A stretch of 64,000 nt of DNA from Candidatus Stammera capleta (GTDB taxonomy: Bacteria > Pseudomonadota > Gammaproteobacteria > Enterobacterales > Enterobacteriaceae): the NCBI GenBank assembly GCA_036689545.1, contig CP144853.1, forward strand, positions 155,027-219,026, written 5' to 3'. Shown here piece after piece: positions 36,978 through 49,384 of this stretch; positions within the stretch are counted from its first letter, which is position 1; each line of letters opens with the position of its first letter. The translations under genes were made by a program, and so were the position numbers. The notes beneath the pieces were generated by a model. It had not been told where the DNA came from. It made no database searches and saw only the letters and a program-made list of their open reading frames with translations.

Positions 36978-37961
36978 ATGAAAAATAAAATAAATAAAAT
37001 CAAAGAATATAAATTAATTTCTACATATAATAATTTAAGATTAGATATTTTTTTAAATAAATTTTTTAAAAAAAAAACAAGAAACGAAATTATTAAACAT
37101 ATTAAAGAAGGAAAAATATTAGTAAATAATAAAAAAATACTTAAACCTAGTAAAATCATAAAAAAAAAAGATATTATTACATTTAATACTTTATTAATAA
37201 AAACAAAAAAAATAAAAAAACAAAAAAAATCACTTAAAATAGTTTATGAAGACCAGTATTTAATAATAATTAATAAACAAAATAAAATTATAGTACATCC
37301 TGGAGCTGGAAATTATGAAAATACAATTTTAAATTCTTTAATGTTTTATTATCCATTGATATGTAAAAATATTCCAAGATGTGGAATAATTCATAGATTA
37401 GATAAAAATACAACAGGATTAATAATTATAGCTAAAGATATTAAAACTTATAATATTTTAATTCAACAGATGAAAACAAAAAAAATTCAAAGATTATACA
37501 AAACAATAGTATGAGGAAATATTATAAAAAATGGAATAATAAATAAATCTATATCCAGAAATAAATATAAAAGAAAAATTATGCAAATAAATGATAAAGG
37601 TAAATATGCAATAACTTATTACAAAATAATTGAAATCTTTAATCATTGTACATTACTAAAAATTAAATTATATACAGGTAGAACACATCAAATAAGAGTT
37701 CATATGAATTATATAAATCATCCTATTATAGGAGAAAAAGTTTATATTAATAAAAACATAAAATATTTTCAAAAAAAAAAATATAAATTAAACAAACTTA
37801 AAAATTTTACTAGACAGGCTTTACATGCTTATAAAGTAAAATTTATACATCCTATAAAAAATAATTGAATCGAAATTAGTTCACATATACCTTTAGATAT
37901 GTATAATTTAATCTTTAAATTAAGATTTAACAAAAATATATGTAAAATTACTTTTCTTTAA
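36978..37961 (+). CDS. rluD: 23S rRNA pseudouridine synthase RluD
   Basis: ATG 36978, TAA 37959-37961. S4 domain (LRLDIFLNKFF). IVHPGAGN, catalytic IIHRLDKNTTGLIIIAK, GRTHQIRVHM, RQALHAYKVKFIHP. TGA=Trp at 37512-37514 and 37866-37868. Confidence 0.9.
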
Positions 37962-38361
37962 ATCATCTTTCTAAAATTAATACAGCAGAAATAGAATGAA
38001 TATTTTTAATAGAATAAAATGAATTATAAAAAGAAGTTTTATTTTTAATATAAAAACGTGCAATACAAGATGTAAATTGTTCATCAGAAAAATATACTTT
38101 TAACCCAAATCTTCCATGTAAATTTTTAGCAAATTTATGTATATATGTATTAATTAATTTATAATTACCTTTTTTTTTATGAGGATAACCAATAACTACT
38201 TTTTTAACTAACCATATATTAATTAAACGTTCTACATATAATCAATTAGGAATACCTCTTTTAGCACGTAAACATACAATAGGACTAGCAGTTTTAGTAA
38301 TATACTGACCTATTGCTACTCCTATATTTTTCATACCAAAATCAAAAGACATAATAAACAT
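37948..38361 (-). CDS. ruvX: Holliday-junction-resolvase-like / pre-16S rRNA nuclease YqgF (RuvX)
   Basis: ATG 38361. MSFDFGMKNIGVAIGQYITKTASP (E. coli [24 protein letters not shown]), IP-N-W-LYVERLI, VIGYP, KFAKNLHGRFGLKVYFSDEQFTS, SISAVLILE. If the terminal TGA is Trp, the ORF ends at TAA 37948-37950 and overlaps the convergent rluD end by 14 nt. Confidence 0.88.
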
Positions 38362-38396
38362 ATAGATAATATTCACTATTTATGAACCATTATTGA

Positions 38397-39791
38397 TTAA
38401 ATTAACTCAATAATTTTATTTAAATTAAATTTAGCATCTCCTAATATTATTCCCACATTTTTTTTTAAAAAAATAGAATTTTCTACTTTAGAATATCCAC
38501 TTTCTGTAATTAAAGTTCTCTTAAATATAATAACAAAATTGGACTCTCATACTTTTAAAACTGGCATACCATATAATGAACAATCTTTATCCTCTATAGC
38601 TCTAGGATTAATTATATCATTACCTCCAATAACTAATACTAAATCATTATTTATAAAATATTTATTTATTTCATCTAATGAATAAACATTATTATATGGT
38701 ATTTTCGCTTCTGCTAATAATACATTCATATGACCAGGTAACCTACCAGCTATAGGATGTATTCCAAATTTAATCTTTAAACCATATTTTTTATCTAAAA
38801 TATTTACTAATTTATAAATAATAAAATGACTCTGAGAAGTTGCCATTCCATAACCAGGAATAATAATTATAGATCGTGAAGTTTTTAAATAATTTACAAC
38901 ACTATTATTAGTTAATTGATTAAAAATAATATTATCAATAACATTTGTACTTGTTTTTTTTTTTGTAAAAAATATATTTCCTATGATAACTTTATATATA
39001 GATTTATTCATAGATTTACACATAACTTTAGCTAAAATAAAACCTGAAGTACCAACTAAAGAACCTACTATAATTAACAAATCATTATTTAACACAAATC
39101 CAGATATAGATGCAGCTCATCCAGAATAGGAATTCAACATAGATATAACTATTGAAATATCAGATGAATTAATTTTATTAATTAGTACATAACCTATAAT
39201 ACAACTAATTAAAAAAATAATTAAATATAAAAACACAGAAATTATATATAATTTAACATTTAAAAAAATAAAAAAGAAAAAAGATAATAAAATTAAACTA
39301 ATCATTAACAACTTATTATTGAAAAAAGTTAAAAATTTTAAAATCTCAATATTAACTAATTTAAAATAAGAAATAATAGAACCCATAAAAGTAATAGAAC
39401 CAATTAAATTAGCTAAAAAAATTTCTAATAAAAAATTTTTACTTAAAATATTTTTTTGATATAATGTATATATGTTATTATAACTTATCAATATTGAACA
39501 TAAACCTACAAAACTATGTAATAAAGATATTAATTCCGGAACAGAAGAAATGTTTATTTTTTTAGATATAAAAAAACCTAAAAAAAAACCTATTAATATA
39601 ATAATTAATGATAAATAAAAAAAATAATTTAATTCAAAAAAAAATAAAACAGAAAATAAAGATATTAATATTCCTAATAAACTTAAATTGTTACCTTTAA
39701 TAGATGTTTTCCTACTAGAAAATTGACGTAAAGCAAGAACAAAAAATATAACCGAAAATATATTACATATATATATAATTTTATTAAACAT
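38397..39791 (-). CDS. pntB: NAD(P) transhydrogenase subunit beta
   Basis: ATG 39791, TAA 38397-38399, 464 aa. It joins ORFs 39117-39791 and 38547-39095. Membrane domain followed by the NADP(H) domain: IIIPGYGMATSQ, IHPIAGRLPGHMNVLLAEA, VIGGNDIINP, YGMPVL. Confidence 0.93.
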
Positions 39792-39800
39792 ACAAAATAT

Positions 39801-41321
39801 TTATTTATCTTTTTTATAAAACATTTTTAACATACGTTTAGTGACAAAAAAACCAGTAAATATATTAATACTAACTAATAATAAAGATATGAAAGCAAAA
39901 AAATTACCTAAATAATTATTTTCTTTATTAATTTGTAATAATGCACCTACAGATATTATACCAGATATAACATTTGTTATAGACATTAATGGAGTATGTA
40001 AAACATGTTTAACTTTAGTAATTACGAAATATCCTAAATTACAAGACAAAATCATCATCATTAAATGATGTAAAAATTTCATTGAATATTGCTTATAAAA
40101 TGAAGAAAATAAAAACATAAAAAATAAAAATAAAAACTCTTTTTTACAAGAAAAAACTTTTTTAGTATTTAAATTATTTTTAATATTAACATTTATTTTT
40201 TCTTCTTTTAAAGAAACAAATTTCTCTAAATCTTTATCTAATTTTTCCATATATTTAATTTTTAAAATATTTTTTTTACCTTCATATATTTTTACTATTT
40301 TATTTAAAATAAAATCATTTAAATTAATTAACATACTCATTTTGTCTTTATTATAAATATAATTAATAATATTAAACAAATGAGCACTATATAATTTAGA
40401 AGTTAAATTAGGCATTAATCTAGAAAAATCATAATAACTAATAATTTTAATATTATTTTTATAATATGTAATTTTATCTAAAACACTTAACTCACAATTC
40501 CCTCCATATTTAATAGCTAAATCAACTATAATACTATTATTAAACATTAGTTTAATCAATTTTTTACTAATTAATTTTTGAGCAATACCATCTTTATTAA
40601 TAACAAAAGTAATAATAATATTAAATTTAGAAATATTTTTTAAAAGATATTCTTCTAAATTATTTTTATATGAATATAAATTAATAAAATTAGCACCTAA
40701 ACTTTTAGCTTGTTCTTGTACTTCAAATCTAGAATCATACAAATAAACATCAGCACCTAAATCACGAGCAATATTTATAGCAGATAAACCTATTACACCA
40801 CCACCTATAATTAAAAATTTAACTGGATTTAATTTACCTAAAAAAGATATTTGACCAGAAAAAAAATTTCTATATTCATATAAAGATTCAACTACAGCTC
40901 TATAACCTGATACATTAGATATAGAACTTAAAACATCAAAAGATTGAGCTTTAGATGTACGAGGAATTTGATCTAAAAAAATTAAAGTAATTTTTTTTTT
41001 AAATAATATTGAAATTTCAATTTCATTTAATGTTATTAAATATAAACAAATTAATAAAGTTTTATCATTAATTAAAATTAATTGATCTTTATTAGGAAAA
41101 TTTAAACTTAAAATAATATTTTTTTTTCAAATTAATTCTGAATTTTCTTGAATTGCACCACAAGATATATAATCTAAATTATTAAACCCAGATAAAATAC
41201 CTGCATTTTCTTCAAAAAAAACATTAAAACCTAAACTAATTAATTTTAACACATCATTAGGTATTAATGATACTCTAGTCTCGTTTAATACTTTTTCTTT
41301 AACTATACCTAAAGATAACAT
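39801..41321 (-). CDS. pntA: NAD(P) transhydrogenase subunit alpha
   Basis: ATG 41321, TAA 39801-39803, 506 aa. It joins ORFs 41127-41321 and 39801-40742. Matching blocks: E-TRVSLIP, AQSFDVLSSISNVSGYRAV, Rossmann FLIIGGGVIGLSAI, and the C-terminal membrane helices (HTPLMSITNVISGI). Confidence 0.92.
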
Positions 41322-41439
41322 ATTTAAATACCTTATAAAAAGTAAATAGTGAAAAAAAAATAAATTGAATATATAATAACATAAAACTTTTTAAAAAATC
41401 AATTTTAAAATATTTAATTTAAATATTAAAATATAACTC

Positions 41440-42435
41440 ATGGAAAAAATATTATTTTTTAGTACTCAAAAATATGAAAAAAAAATTTTTAAAAAAATAA
41501 ATAAAAAATTTAAATTTAAATTTCATTTTACAAAAAAAATACTTAACATTAAAAATGTTAAATTAGTAAAAAAATATAATCATATTTGTATTTTTGTAAA
41601 TGATAATGCTTATGATACAAAAATATTAAATAAATTATATAAATATAAAATAAAAACAATAGCTTTAAGATGTGCTGGATACAATAACGTAAATCTTACG
41701 TTAACAAAAAAATATAATATTAAAGTTATAAACGTAGGATCATATTCTCCTGAATCTATAGCAGAATATACAATAGCATTAATGCTAAATTTAAATCGAA
41801 AAATACATTTTGCTTACCAAAATACAAGAAATAAAAACTTTTTATTAGATGATCTTATCGGGTTTAATATGAAAAATAAAATAGTTGGCATTATTGGAAC
41901 AGGTAAAATAGGTAAAATTGTAATAAATATTTTAAAAGGATTCAATGTAAAAATATTAGCATATGATATTATTAAATCACAAAAATTAATAGATAGTAAA
42001 ATAGAATATACTACTTTAAATAACTTATATAAATACTCCGATATAATAAGTTTACATTGTCCTTATAATAAAGATAATCATCATATGATTAATAAAAATA
42101 CACTTAAATTATTTAAAAAAAATACTATGTTGATAAATACTAGTAGAGGTGAATTAATAGATACTACAGCAGTTATAGACGCTATAAAAAATAAAACTAT
42201 AGGATCATTAGGTATAGATGTATACGAAAAAGAAAAAAAAATTTTCTTTAAAAATAATTTTAATAAAATAATAAAAGATGATAATTTAAATTTACTTTTA
42301 TCGTTTAATAACGTACTATTAACAGGTCATCAAGCTTTCTTAACTAAAGAAGCATTAAAAAATATCGCTTATGTTACATTAAAAAATATCAAAAGAATTT
42401 CTAATAATAAAACATGTAAAGATTGTATTTCATAA
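41440..42435 (+). CDS. ldhA: Fermentative D-lactate dehydrogenase (2-hydroxyacid dehydrogenase family)
   Basis: Uninterrupted 331-codon ORF colinear with E. coli LdhA: ICIFVND, IALRCAGYNNV, SPESIAEYTIALMLNLNRKIH, GIIGTGKIG, ISLHCP, INTSRGELID, GSLGIDVYE, LTGHQAFLTKEAL. Confidence 0.9.
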   Translation: MEKILFFSTQKYEKKIFKKINKKFKFKFHFTKKILNIKNVKLVKKYNHICIFVNDNAYDTKILNKLYKYKIKTIALRCAGYNNVNLTLTKKYNIKVINVGSYSPESIAEYTIALMLNLNRKIHFAYQNTRNKNFLLDDLIGFNMKNKIVGIIGTGKIGKIVINILKGFNVKILAYDIIKSQKLIDSKIEYTTLNNLYKYSDIISLHCPYNKDNHHMINKNTLKLFKKNTMLINTSRGELIDTTAVIDAIKNKTIGSLGIDVYEKEKKIFFKNNFNKIIKDDNLNLLLSFNNVLLTGHQAFLTKEALKNIAYVTLKNIKRISNNKTCKDCIS

Positions 42436-42445
42436 AATTGTTAAA

Positions 42446-43852
42446 ATGTCAATTAAAAAAAAAATAAATAAATTATATCAAAATTTTTCAAAAACAGATT
42501 TTTTTACTAAATTAAAAACTGATGAAATAAGAAATGGAATTAGTAAAAAAATAATATATAAAATTAATAAAAAAAGAAAAGAACCAAAATGAATGCTAAA
42601 ACTACGTTTAAAAGCATTTAAAATATGGTTAACAATGAATGAACCTCATTGATTAAACTGTAAATACAATAATATTGATTATCAAAAACTTAATTATTAC
42701 TCTGCACCAAAAAAAAAAAAACAAAAATTCCTAACTAAAGAAGTTAAATTAACTTTTAATAAATTAGGTATTCTAAATCAAAAAAAAATAGCAGTAGATG
42801 CTATATTTGATTCTGTATCTGTGAAAACTACCTTTAAAAAACAATTATTAAAATTAGGGATAATATTTTGTTCTTTTAATGAAGCAATAATTAAATATCC
42901 TTCATTAATAAAAAAATATCTCTGTAGTGTAGTAAATATAAATGATAATTTTTTTTCTACTTTAAATACAGCTGTATTATCTGATGGAACTTTTATATAT
43001 ATACCTGAAAATACAATATGTCCTATAAATTTATCTACATATTTTAGAATAAATTCAAAAAATACAGGACAATTTGAAAGAACTCTAATAATTTTAAAAA
43101 AAAATAGTTTTTTAAATTATACAGAAGGTTGTTCAGCTCCTATTAGAAAAAAATATCAATTACATGCAGCAGTAGTAGAAATAATTTTATATAAAAATGC
43201 AGAAATCAAATATTCAACAATTCAAAATTGATTTCCAGGTAATTTTAAATATAAAAAAGGAATATTAAATTTTGTAACTAAAAGAGCTTTATGCAAAAAA
43301 AAAAATAGTAAAATATCATGAATACAAATAGAAGCTGGTTCTTATATTACATGAAAATATCCTAGTAGTATTTTATTAGGAAAAAATTCAATAAGTAATT
43401 TTTATTCTATTTCATTTACAAAATTTCATCAAAAATCAGATACAGGAACAAAAGTTATACATATAGGAAAAAATACAAAATCTACTATTTTTTCTAAAAG
43501 TATAGCAATAGATAATAGTATAAATACATATAGAAGTTTAGTTAAAATAGATAAAAATGCACATAAAGCAAAAAATTTTACACAATGTGACTCATTAATA
43601 ATAGGAAAAAAATCTAGTACCCATACCTTTCCAAAAATACATACAAAAAATAAAAATATATGTATTGAACATGAAGCTAGTTCTTCTTATATAAAAGATG
43701 AACAAATATTCTATTTATTACAAAGAGGAATAAACTATCAAAAAGCATTATCATTAATAATAAATGGATTTTGTCAAAATATAATTGAAATGCTTCCAAT
43801 AGAATTTGCAATAGAAGCAAAAGAAATTTTATCTATGAATTTTAAATATTAA
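42446..43852 (+). CDS. sufB: Fe-S cluster assembly scaffold SufB
   Basis: ATG 42446, TAA 43850-43852. [90 protein letters not shown]. The A12 run at 42710-42721 is in frame. About nine TGA=Trp codons. Confidence 0.93.
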
Positions 43853-43857
43853 AATTT

Positions 43858-44619
43858 ATGTGTATATTAGATATATCTAATTTATCTGTAAATATAAAAA
43901 ATAAAATTATTTTAAAAAATATAAATTTAAAAATTAAATTAGGAGAACTTCATATAATAATGGGACCTAACGGTTCAGGAAAAAGTACACTATCTTTAAC
44001 AATAGCTGGACATAAAAAATATAAAATTTCTAAAGGATCAATATTTTTTAAGAAAAAAGATATATCTCATTATTCAATAGATCAAAGGGCTAAAAATGGA
44101 TTATTTATTTCATTTCAAAATAATATTTGTATACCTAACTTAAATAATCAATCATTTCTTCAAATATCAGTTAATTCAATTCGAAAATATAATAATAAAA
44201 AAGAATTTAATTCTATAGAATTTAAAATTCTAATTCATAGAATCATTAAAAAATTAAATTTTTCTAAAGATCTTTTACAAAGAGGGTTAAATAAAAATTT
44301 CTCAGGTGGAGAAAAAAAAAAAAATGAGATCTTACAAATGATATTATTACAACCAAAATTAATAATTTTAGATGAAATAGATTCTGGCTTAGATATTGAT
44401 ACTTTAAAAAATATTTTTAATATAATAAATAAATTTAAACAAAAAAGATCATTTTTAATTATTACACATTATCAAAAAATATTTAATTACATTAATCCTA
44501 ATTTTATACATATACTATATAATGGTAAAATAATTTATTCTGGAAAGAAAAAAATTAATAAAATACTAGAAAAAAAAGGTTTTGAATGATTTAAAAAAAA
44601 TATTAAAAAATATAAGTAA
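43858..44619 (+). CDS. sufC: Fe-S cluster assembly ATPase SufC
   Basis: ATG 43858, TAA 44617-44619. Walker A GPNGSGKST, ABC signature FSGGEKKKNEI, Walker B LIILDEIDSGLD, H-loop ITHY. TGA=Trp at 44587-44589. Confidence 0.94.
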
Positions 44620-44662
44620 TATCTTTAAAACCTTGTATATAAACTTTTTTTAAAAAAAAAAT

Positions 44663-45670
44663 TTGAAAAAATTTAATATCTTAAGATTATTCAAAAAAAT
44701 AAAAAAAAAAATAATAAATATTAAAGCAATTAAATTAATTTTAATTAACAATAAAATTATTTATATAAATAAAAAAAATATTTCTTTAAATATCAAATTT
44801 AAAAAAAAAAAAAATTTAAAAAAAAAAATTACTTACTTAAATTTTTTTAAAAATATTCATAATAATTTACCTTTTTATTTTATAAATATAAATAATAATA
44901 ATAAAAAAAAATATATTAAATACCAATGAATTATTAAAATAAAAGAAAATATTATAATTAATATTATTGAACAAAATATTAATTATAAAAATGAATTAAA
45001 TTTTAATAATATAAATAAACGTTTTTTTTTAAATAAAAAATCAACATTAAATTATATAAATTTAATTAATTTAAATAAAAAATCTTATTTTAAAAATAAA
45101 AATATTTTTCTATTAAAAGAAAAATCTCATTTAAAACAAAATTTATTTTTAATAAATGCAAAAAAAATTGAAATAAAAAATAATTTATTTTTAAAAAAAA
45201 AATCTATTTCAAATATAAAAAGTATTTCTTTAATAAATAAGAATAAATTTAAATTTTATATAAAAGTACTACATTTATCTTATAAAAGTAAAAGTTACCA
45301 ATATCATAAAAGTATTAATTTTAACAAAGGTTTTTTTAAATTTAAAGGGTTAATTAAAATACTTAAAAAAGCAAATAACACATTTTCTACTATGGAAAAT
45401 AGCAATTTATGTATTAATCAAAATACATCGATTATAACATATCCAATATTACAAATTTATAATAATAACTCTAAATGTAAACATAAAGCTATCATTTGTA
45501 ATTTAAATAAAGATGAAATTTTTTATCTTTTAAGTAGAGGAATAGGAATAAAAAAAATTAAAAAGATTTTATCTTTAAATTTTATTAATAAAATTATTAA
45601 TAAATTAAAAATAAAAAAGGTAAATATTTTTATTAAAAATTTAATTAATCTAATTATTTTTAAAAATTAA
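44663..45670 (+). CDS. sufD: Fe-S cluster assembly protein SufD (divergent, shortened)
   Basis: It lies between sufC and sufS in one frame: ORFs 44663-44929 and 45392-45670 plus the middle segment joined via TGA 44927-44929. The C-terminal block NLNKDEIFYLLSRGIGIKK matches the SufB/D family EQLFYLxSRGI motif. The start is a TTG and is uncertain. Confidence 0.7.
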
Positions 45671-46903
45671 ATGAATTTTAATATTAAAAAAATTAAATCA
45701 GATTTTCCAATATTAAAAAAAAAAATAAATAATAATAAACTTATTTATTTAGATAACGCTACTACTTTACAAAAACCTAAACATATAATAAATAATGTAA
45801 AAAATATTTATACAAAATATTATGCTTCTATACATAGAGGCACTTATAGTTTAAGTAATAAAATAAATCAAATAATAGAAAATACAAGAATTAAAATATC
45901 AAAATTTATAAATGCTTCATCTCCTGAAGAAATAATTTTTACAAAAAATACAACAAATAGTATTAACTTAATCGTTAACACATGAGCTAAAAATAATTTA
46001 TCTTATAAAGATAATATTATTATTTCAATAATGGAACATCATGCAAATATTATTCCATGATTTTTATTATCTAAAGAAATCCAATTTAAAATTAAAATTA
46101 TTAAAATTAACAAAGATGGTAATTTAGATTTAAATCATTTTAAAAAATTAATTGATAAAAATACTAAAATTATTTCTATTACTCATATTTCAAATGTTTT
46201 AGGTACAATAAATCCTATTAAAAAAATAATTAAAATAGCAAAAAAACATAACATTATATCACTAATAGATGGAGCACAAGCTATTGCACATCAAATTATA
46301 AATGTAAAAGAAATAAATTGTGATTTTTATGTATTTTCAGCACATAAAATATATAGTTCAACCGGTACAGGAATTTTATTTAATAAAAATAATCTTTTAG
46401 AAAAATATTTACCTTGAGAAAGTGGAGGTGGAATAATAGCAAATATAAATTTTTATAATAATAATATTAAAAAAATTGATTTTATTAAATCACCATGAAA
46501 ATTCGAAGCTGGTACTCCTAATATTGAATCTATTATTAACCTAGGTATAGCGATAGACTATATAAACTTAATAAATATTAACAATATAATTTCATACGAA
46601 AAAAAAATATTGAATTTTTTAATTAAAAAAATTACTAATATTCCTAATATAAAAATATATGGTTCACAAAATAGAACTAACATTCTTTCCTTTAATATTA
46701 AAAATTATCACTGCTATGATATAGGAATATTATTAGATCAATATGGAATATGTATTAGAAGTGGTAACCAATGCGCACTACCAATAATGAATTATTATAA
46801 AGTACCCGGAATGTGTAGAGTTTCTCTTGCTATGTATAATTCTAAAAAAGATATAAACAAATTTATATTAACATTAAAAAAAATAATAAAAAAATTAAAA
46901 TAA
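45671..46903 (+). CDS. sufS: Cysteine desulfurase SufS (PLP-dependent, group II)
   Basis: ATG 45671 directly abuts the sufD stop. TAA 46901-46903. YLDNATT, HRG-Y, MEHHANIIP-W, DGAQA, PLP-Lys block FSAHKIY, active-site Cys in RSGNQCALP (E. coli RTGHHCAMP). Five TGA=Trp codons. Confidence 0.93.
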
Positions 46904-46911
46904 ATTTTAAA

Positions 46912-47310
46912 ATGAAAATACCAAATAAAAATAAAATTTCACAATATTTCCAGTATTGTTCATCTAAAGAAGAAAAATTTATTTATTTAATAGAATTAGG
47001 AAAATTACTACCTTTTAAAAAAAAAAATATACGTATTAAAAATAATATAATATATGGATGTCAAAGTAATGTATGAATAGAAATTAAAAAAAAAAAAAAA
47101 ATAATAAAATTAAATGGAGATAGTGATACTTTAATAATTAAAGGAATAATAGCTATCATTATAAGTTTATATAATAAAAAAAAAAAAGAAAAAATTCATA
47201 AAATTGATATAAATAATTTTTTTACAAAACTTCATATCACTAATAATATAAGTTATTCAAGAATAATCGGTATTAATTCTATTATTTCTTTTATAAAAGA
47301 AAAAATATAA
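46912..47310 (+). CDS. sufE: Sulfur acceptor SufE
   Basis: ATG 46912, TAA 47308-47310. EEKFIYLIELGKLLP, active-site GCQSNV-W-I (E. coli GCQSQVWI; W=TGA 47074-47076), LNGDSDTLIIKGIIAII. The A15 run at 47086-47100 was counted and is in frame. Confidence 0.88.
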
Positions 47311-47334
47311 TTAATTTTTTTATCTTAAATTATT

Positions 47335-48462
47335 TTAAACTTTTAAAAAATTAAAATTTAAATATTTATTATAAAAAAAACAAATTTTTTTTATATTTTG
47401 TAAATTATCCAATTCTAATTTAATAAAATTATTTAAAAATAAAGTTAATTGATATAAATTTATTTTTTTGTAAACAATAAAAAAATTACAAAAATATTTT
47501 TTTTGTAATAATTTAAAAAAATTTAAAAACTTTTTTTTAAACAAATTTTTCAATACTAATAATATTATTATATTATTTTTACTAAAAAATAATTTATAAT
47601 TTCTAATAAAAATAAAAATATCACTACCAGATGATATTAATAAAGTATTTTTTTTTCTTAACAATAAAAGACATTTAAATGTAATACTTTTTATAAAGAC
47701 AAAAAAATTAATATTAAAATCCAAATTTTTATAATAAAAAAACAAATTAATTTTAAAATATTTAATAAAAATTAAAAAACTTATATTATTTAACTCATAA
47801 AAAAAAGGAATAAAATTTACAATTTTTTTTTTTTTTCTAAAATTTATTTTAATTTTATTAATAATAAAATTTTGTAACTTTGAAAAATAAAACGAATTAA
47901 TTAATATTTTATTTATTTTAAGAAAACAATTTATATTAAACTGTAAATTATTTATTATAATTCCTATAAAATTATCATTTTTATTTAAATTAAAAAAAAT
48001 ATAAAAAAAATTAATTCTAGATTTTAAATTTAAAAAACAAAAATAATAATTTAAAGAAACTAAAAAAATAATTTTAGTATTAAATTTTTTTATTATTATT
48101 CTATTTAACCAATAATTATAAATTAAATTTGTATTACTAACACAACCTTCAATAATAACAACTTTAAATTTTAAAAAATACTTATTATAATAATTTAAAA
48201 AATTTAATAAATAATTATCTTTTTTATATTTTTTTTTTCTTATTAATTTAATATTAAAAGATTTTAATATAGGTATATCAAAACACATATACATTATTTG
48301 TGATGAAATATCAAAATCAAAACTTTTTTCTATTACATAAGATAAAGGTTTTATAAAACCAAATTGAACTTTTTCTTTTTTTAAAAAAAAAGCTAAAGAT
48401 AAAATAGAACTTGTTAAACCAGAATTAGTTTTATCAGAGATAAATATTACTCTTAATGACAT
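47335..48462 (-). CDS. pta: Pta N-terminal (P-loop-like + DRTGG) domain-only protein; the phosphotransacetylase catalytic domain is absent
   Basis: Uninterrupted 375-codon ORF ending in a genuine TAA (47335-47337), 24 nt from sufE. It is colinear with E. coli Pta residues 1 to about 395. Matches: [27 protein letters not shown] vs [35 protein letters not shown] vs [16 protein letters not shown] vs [17 protein letters not shown] vs [19 protein letters not shown] vs [18 protein letters not shown]...[20 protein letters not shown] vs IGALLLTG...VFMVNTNTWQTSLSLQSF. Nothing resembling the C-terminal PTA_PTB domain follows. Confidence 0.7.
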   Translation of the reverse strand: [375 protein letters not shown]

Positions 48463-48565
48463 AAAAATTATACTATTTTTTAGTATTATTATAATATATT
48501 TTTTTTATATTATCAAAAAAATATTTACTAATAACAATAAATACAATAATTAATTTTACATACAC

Positions 48566-49354
48566 ATGAATCTACAAAAAAAAATATTTCATTTAATGAA
48601 TCTAAAAACAAAATTTAATATAAAAAATGAAATTAAATCGAAAATAAATCTATTAAAAAAAATTATTCTAAAAAATAAAAATATTAAATCATTAATTTTA
48701 GGTATAAGTGGTGGAATAGATTCCACTTTAGCTGGAAAAATATGTTACATGACAGTAAAAAAATTAAAGAACCAAAATAAAAAAATAAAATTTTTAGCCA
48801 TTAATTTACCTTATAAAAAAAAAATAGATAATTATTGTAAAGAAGTTTTAAAATTTATTAAACCTACAAAATTTTTTTGTATTAACATTACTCCAATAAT
48901 TGAAATAAATAAAAAAATATTTTTAAAAAATAAAATAGAGTTAAATGACTTATTTATAGGAAATTTAAAATCAAGAGAAAGAATGAAAATATTATATTAT
49001 TTTGCTAATTTATTTAATGGAATAGTAATAGGTACTAGTAATGCTGTAGAAATAATAACTGGATATTTTACGAAATATGGTGATGGAGCTAGTGATATCA
49101 AAATATTAAAATCTTTTAATAAAAGACAAATAATAAATATTTTAAAATATTTAAAATGTCCAAAAATAATTTATTCACAAATACCTACAGCTAATTTATT
49201 AGATAAATATCCAAATTTACCAGATGAACAAGAATTAGGAATTAAATATAATATAATAGATGATTATTTAGAAGGTAAAAAAATTAAGAAAAAAGAAAAA
49301 ACACATATAGAAAAAATGTTTTTGAAAACTAAACATAAAAGAAATAAATTTTAA
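48566..49354 (+). CDS. nadE: NH3-dependent NAD+ synthetase
   Basis: Uninterrupted 262-codon ORF. PP-loop LGISGGIDSTL, NLKSRERM, GYFTKYGDGASD, PTANL, DEQELGI. Confidence 0.92.
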   Translation: MNLQKKIFHLMNLKTKFNIKNEIKSKINLLKKIILKNKNIKSLILGISGGIDSTLAGKICYMTVKKLKNQNKKIKFLAINLPYKKKIDNYCKEVLKFIKPTKFFCINITPIIEINKKIFLKNKIELNDLFIGNLKSRERMKILYYFANLFNGIVIGTSNAVEIITGYFTKYGDGASDIKILKSFNKRQIINILKYLKCPKIIYSQIPTANLLDKYPNLPDEQELGIKYNIIDDYLEGKKIKKKEKTHIEKMFLKTKHKRNKF

Positions 49355-49384
49355 TATATTTTAAAATTTTTTTAAATAATATAA

